Assembly: GCA_002269645.1 (NCBI GenBank)
Contig: NIVC01004846.1
Coordinates: 1-33,538 of the forward strand
Source: Macrostomum lignano
Lineage: Eukaryota
Direction of reading: 5' to 3'
Length of the DNA stretch: 33,538 nt
Shown here: positions 32,098 to 33,538 of the stretch, piece by piece
Numbering within the stretch: position 1 is the stretch's first letter
Layout: every line of letters begins with the position of its first letter
Program-made: the position numbers and the translations under genes
Notes under the pieces: model-generated
Seen by the model: only the letters and a program-made list of their open reading frames with translations
Told to the model about the DNA's origin: nothing
Database searches by the model: none

Positions 32098-32975
32098 TCT
32101 GTGTTTTGCTTTTTGTGCTTGAGAGCTGCTTAGAGCTGCAATCGGGGCGACAGTAAGCAAGTCATATAGTGCTCACACAACAACACACACACAGCAGCGA
32201 ACGAAGTCTGTGCATCTTAATCAAGTAGCTAGCTACAATTTTTAAGTGCTACCAACCAGAGTATAACTTAGCTAACTACCAAAGGAATTTCACTCTTTCT
32301 ACTCATACAACTAATGATCGACGCTGGTTGCATTGATAAACCTGATACCTGACCAGCTCGCAAGGGATGCCTAGAAATTATACATTTACGAGCCGTACAC
32401 TCCATTTCCACAGATTAGAACACAAAAGCCCAGTAGCTAGTTATTGCACTACAAAATGTCTAACTCTTATACATAAACTGAAACAGCCCCACTGTCAGCC
32501 TGTGAGCGAGAGGCCCCTAAGCCTTGAGGAGCATGAAACTATATACGTGACTAGGAAGCAGCAAAAATATTGGTAAAAGTAGAGCTCAAGCCGAAAAACG
32601 ATTGTTGGTTGTTGCAACAACTTTGTAAGTAACTGATGCACCCAGTACAACAATGTAATTTACGACAAGTACATGACTGCCCATCAGAACAGAGCAGCTG
32701 GTACCATAGTATAGAGCATGGCTGACAGGCTACGATTTACGTACTGTATAAAATGCGTCTGCGCTTTACAGTGCAGAGCTGTAGAGACTGCAGTTGTGTA
32801 GTATGTAACTGAGTATGATGCAACATTGATTAGTAAACGGCCAGCACATGTAATTACAGTTCACTATAAGTTGCAGTTTGATCAGCAGGCATCCAGCAAC
32901 TCGTACAGGTCGGTAGGAGCGCCGCGATCAAGCCAGCATACAGGTTGGTATAGCGCGATCCGCAACGCACATCGA

Positions 32976-33097
32976 TCACTTCTTCTTATGACCGCCCTTG
33001 GCAGCGGCCTGCTCGCCTCGGCTTTTTCCGGCTGCTGCTTGGCGTCCTTGCTGGCATCGGCGGCCTTCTTGTCGGCGGCGGCTTTCTTGGCAGGCAT
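32976..33097 (-). pseudogene. Gene A, copy 14, frameshifted and lacking the upstream acceptor
   Basis: ctcgcctcgg replaces ctcgccctcgg (frameshift after PEKAE). The upstream ATTGCAG is changed to ATTGCTG (plus strand gagcagcaat, 33131-33140). Confidence 0.55.
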
Positions 33098-33538
33098 GTT
33101 TGTCTGTTGAGATTAGGAAGCTGATGCTTGGAGCAGCAATTTGAGAAGCGAGCAGCTGAGGTTTGCAACGTGACCAACGTCAACTTCAAGTATAGCTAGC
33201 TGGCTGTACATCCTCATTAGAAAAACTATCTAGATATATTCTCACGGGCACTTCTTCTTCTTTAACCGCTTATTGGAGCAGTGCAGCTCTACAAGGACCA
33301 TTGGTGCATATCTAGCCTCTAGTTGGATGTGCTGGACAACGAAATCTAGAGGATGCTATATCAAGCCAAATACAAGTAATGCCCCCTTTCTCTGTCTGCA
33401 ACTGCTGATCTAACACAAAACATGCTAAGCATATAGGGAAACAGAGAGCATTTAAAGAACGAGAGCCGAAAACACCTGCTTGCTTTAAAAATACTGTCCA
33501 ATATGTAATTTGGAAATGCTACTGTAATTATTCTACAA

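Larger units (their letters stand above)
8353..33538. repeat. Head-to-tail tandem array of a ~1.87-kb two-gene unit; 13 full copies plus a partial 14th, running off the window
   Basis: The unit anchor tagtatagagcatggctgacagg occurs at 8353, 10230, 12107, 13984, 15861, 17738, 19614, 21486, 23352, 25221, 27091, 28961, 30836 and 32707. Periods are 1866-1877 bp. Confidence 0.99.

Overview
This is eukaryotic (animal-like) genomic DNA. GC-rich exons with minisatellite-filled introns suggest a flatworm such as Macrostomum, but that is an inference. Bases 1-3900 are an AT-rich, CpG-poor non-coding block holding a 339-bp hAT-type MITE with an exact 8-bp target-site duplication, a 329-bp tandem duplication and a 30-bp minisatellite. 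Bases ~4272-8121 (+) hold a five-exon F-box-like/leucine-rich-repeat gene (~639 aa if it starts at ATG 4272), with three of its four introns filled by minisatellites. Intron 1 is made of repeats that place an AG|GT splice-junction mimic in the loop of a 7-bp hairpin. From 8353 to the window end is a head-to-tail array of a ~1.87-kb unit (13 full copies plus a partial 14th). Each unit carries two paralogous minus-strand micro-ORFs missed by the 60-aa ORF track: gene A (40-41 aa, MPAKKAAADKK...KGGHKKK) and gene B (46 aa, MPAKQNQQQ...KAGQKK). That gives 27 gene copies in two homogenised sequence blocks. I do not recognise these peptides, and this amplified two-peptide cassette is the best candidate for an undescribed system. 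All calls were made by eye, with no database search or expression data.
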